DNA of 64,000 bases from Takakia lepidozioides (taxonomy: Eukaryota > Plantae > Bryophyta): positions 59,458,001-59,522,000 of the forward strand of contig CM060733.1 in NCBI GenBank assembly GCA_030704615.1, in the 5' to 3' direction. Positions 61,283 through 64,000 of this stretch are shown here, piece after piece (position 1 is the first letter of the stretch; every line of letters starts with the position of its first letter). Below the pieces are notes generated by a model. That model worked only from the letters and a program-made list of their open reading frames with translations. It made no database searches and was not told where the DNA came from. Position numbers and translations under genes: made by a program.

Positions 61283-63602
61283 ATGGCAGCACGGCCGCAG
61301 AATGTTGGGATTCTTGCTATGGATGTGTATTTCCCTGCCTGCTGTGTTCGACAGGTTTGTGCATGCTCCAATGAACACTTTTCTTCCTCGTTGTGCCCTG
61401 TGGGCCTCTGATGTATTAACGTCAAATTTGTGGAACTAGTCTGCACCGCCTTGGCCACTTTATTAGTTCTCGAAGGAAGGTTTCTCTCTTGCTGGTTTAG
61501 TATTGTCCGTGTGGGCCTGATGTATTGTGTCGAATTGGAACTAGTCTGCACCCATTTTGCTGCTATTTTTAATTCTGGAGGGAAGTCTCTTCTCTTTCTG
61601 GTTGCCGAGCTCGTGTACCTGATTTGTGCAGAAACTTCCTTGTTTTCGGATTGCCTGGGGCTGACCACACGCAGTAAGACGGATGAAGTAGTCTTTTTAT
61701 GGTTGATGGGACTGTTGTTTTCGCCTGTAGTGTTTTGTGGTCACACTTTCTTTGCCTGGTGGAACCTCGACAGGGAAGTGTGAGAACAAAAGAAACAGCT
61801 CTGATTCTTGGTTAGGGCGTGATTGACTGTGGGTAGTGATCCATCTACCATTACTTCCGAGCGATTTGGTTGTTCGCGTCTGCTAGTAAAGAAGGGTGTC
61901 GAAAATGAAACTGGTTAAGAAAAAGAAAATACTTGTTGCCTTCATGCAAACACGATCGCAACTCATCTAAATCCAAATCTTTTTTTAAATCGATGGCCAG
62001 CAAATACGTTTTCCGGTGCCTCCCAAGAAGCCAGAAAGCACAGCCCATGTTGTGTGAGAACATAAAGAAAGAAAGAAAGAAGGAAAACTCACAACGACCG
62101 AGAAAGCTTCTCTGACAGCAATGTGTAACGGAGACGTTTGTTGTGGCATTTGGAAGGGTTGTTGGCCTGTTGGAAAGGGGCAGAGAATAGCTGAGAAGCC
62201 TAAAAGTTGTTTCCTAGGAGAATGTGGATAGAGTAAAGAGGGACGAATATTTGTGGGAGGGGCAGGAGGATTTAGAGGAGCATGACGAGGTCAGCAAAGG
62301 AAAATACACTATTGGGCTGGGCCAGGACTACCTGGCCTTCTGCACCGACCTTGAGGATGTCATATCCATGAGGTTCATTACCTGTGCCTCATAATCTTTC
62401 ATGTTTTTCCTTCTAGTATGTTTACCTTGTAGTGTTTAGACTGATGAATGGGTGAGGTTCAATTGCTCAACAAGCATGCCCTTGAACAGGCTACACCAAT
62501 GGCTAAGAGGAGGGAATGGGTGGGGAGCAGTCTAACAGTGGTGAAATCTCTACTTGAGAAGTATGGAGTGGCACCCGAGCACATCGGCCGCCTTGAGGTT
62601 GGCAGTGAGACAGTTGTGGACAAAAGCAAGGCTATCAAAACTTGCCTCATGCAGCTGTTTGAGGTTCGACATTATCCCCTAGACTTGCTCCACCCATGAC
62701 TGCTGGTTCAATCTGTAGTCAGGCTCCTACATAGAAATTTCAGTTCCACTGGAGTTACTCCATGTTCTACATGATATCGAGGATACAGAAAGTGCAATTA
62801 CTTCTGTTGTTGCCACATACCTGTTTCTCGAAGCAGAACCACAACCATATCACTTGGGCCATACTTCCTTAGCTCCACCAGGTGAGAGATGAGGTACAGA
62901 ATCAGCCTCTTAGTGTAATCTCAACTAATGTGTGTTGCTAGTCCTACTCCCTTCTTTGTGTCTGTGTATGGTTCATAAATAACGATTCCGTGCTAGGCAA
63001 GGGAATCAGTTCAGTAATCACAACAAGTCCATTGGCCGGTCCTTTGGTATGAACTGAGTGGTGGGTGAAAGGTGGCAGCTAAGACAGTCAGCTGATTTTT
63101 TGTATTGGGCTTTTGTGGCAAACAGGAGTGTGGCAACGGGGATGTAGAAGGGGTGGATTCTAGCAATGCCTGCTATGGAGGTACAGCAGCGCTCCAGAAC
63201 TCGCTCAACTGGGTGGAAAGCTCAGCCTGGGACGGGCGATTGGCCCTTGTGGTTGCAGCTGACAGTGCAGTAAGTCTTGCTTGTCTCCTCTTCGGTGGTG
63301 TTACAAGATATTCTTAAGGAGGCATGAGAAGTGTTTGGTTGTAGTTTACATTTTGGCATATCTGTACACTGTTTGTCAAATTTGGTTGAGAATGTGGAGT
63401 GCATAGGTTACAAGAGGGGTGAAGGGATGCATGGGGTGGGCAGGTCTATGCAGAGGGGCCAGCTCGGCCAACAGGTGGGGCTGGGGCAGTGGCAATGTTG
63501 ATAGGACCTGATGCACCTCTAGTCCTGGAGCGCAGTTACAGTGGGACCCACATGGCAAACGTCTATGACTTCTATAAGCCCAATTTGGCCAGCGAATACC
63601 CT
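61283..63602 (+). CDS. HMGS: Hydroxymethylglutaryl-CoA synthase, first 5 exons; continues past the window end
   Basis: Exons 61283-61354, 62266-62372, 62531-62663, 63126-63269, 63444-63602 give [44 protein letters not shown] (catalytic Cys), [13 protein letters not shown]. Confidence 0.97.
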
Positions 63603-64000
63603 GTTTGTGCCTTGGCCTTCAATCCTTATGCTGATTATTGGTATTTAGCAATCATTCAAATTTGTTATGTCCTTTTACAATCCTTGTTCCAATAGGAGAC
63701 CAAATTTTCAGCCAGAAACCTCAGAGGTAAGAATCAAGCTGACAGATAAAACACCTCTTGTGAAAAGAGACACTGATAGCTCCCAGACATGGGGAGCCTG
63801 GAAGATAGAATTAGTAAGACAATTGCTGAAGATAGTAGGTTAATTGAGTAAATGAACCAAGACAAGACAGTGCAAGATCACAGTTTACTACCCAAACACA
63901 AACTTCCTTCCTGTGTCTACCCACTGGTCACTGACCCCCAGCTCCAGTTTCCTACATTTGATGTCGCACCACTTGAGTAGGTTTGACTTTCTACAACATT

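Noticed and set aside
60776-61783. Overlapping ORFs around the HMGS start
   Set aside because: They cover the promoter, 5' UTR and intron 1 of HMGS; only 61283-61354 is supported as coding.

Overview
Eukaryotic, intron-containing land-plant nuclear DNA, probably a bryophyte or other seed-free plant (inferred from gene content and transposon families). The left ~33 kb is a rearranged cluster of at least three related CACTA (En/Spm) copies, mixed with two LINE fragments, a MULE-type transposase and a PLS/E PPR pseudogene. It holds one apparently intact 3-exon transposase (17092-21166), a TnpA-like gene with an embedded FCP1/NIF HAD-phosphatase domain, and two CACTA termini (7298, 26945). The best novelty candidate is a multi-exon minus-strand gene with a ParB/Sulfiredoxin-like DGNH motif and a beta-class amino (N4C/N6A) DNA methyltransferase-like domain. 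It is split into two halves (7029-1045 and 29215-~28285) by near-reciprocal junctions in the transposase intron. Its introns carry ~18 copies of a 30-bp palindrome, 12 of them in an ~81-bp-period array. The right ~31 kb has ordinary host genes (15-repeat P-class PPR, TIN1, intronless EGY-like M50 protein, RbcX1, 5' part of HMG-CoA synthase) plus small repeats, MITE-like elements and Copia/Gypsy relics. All protein calls come from motif recognition by eye; no database searches were run.
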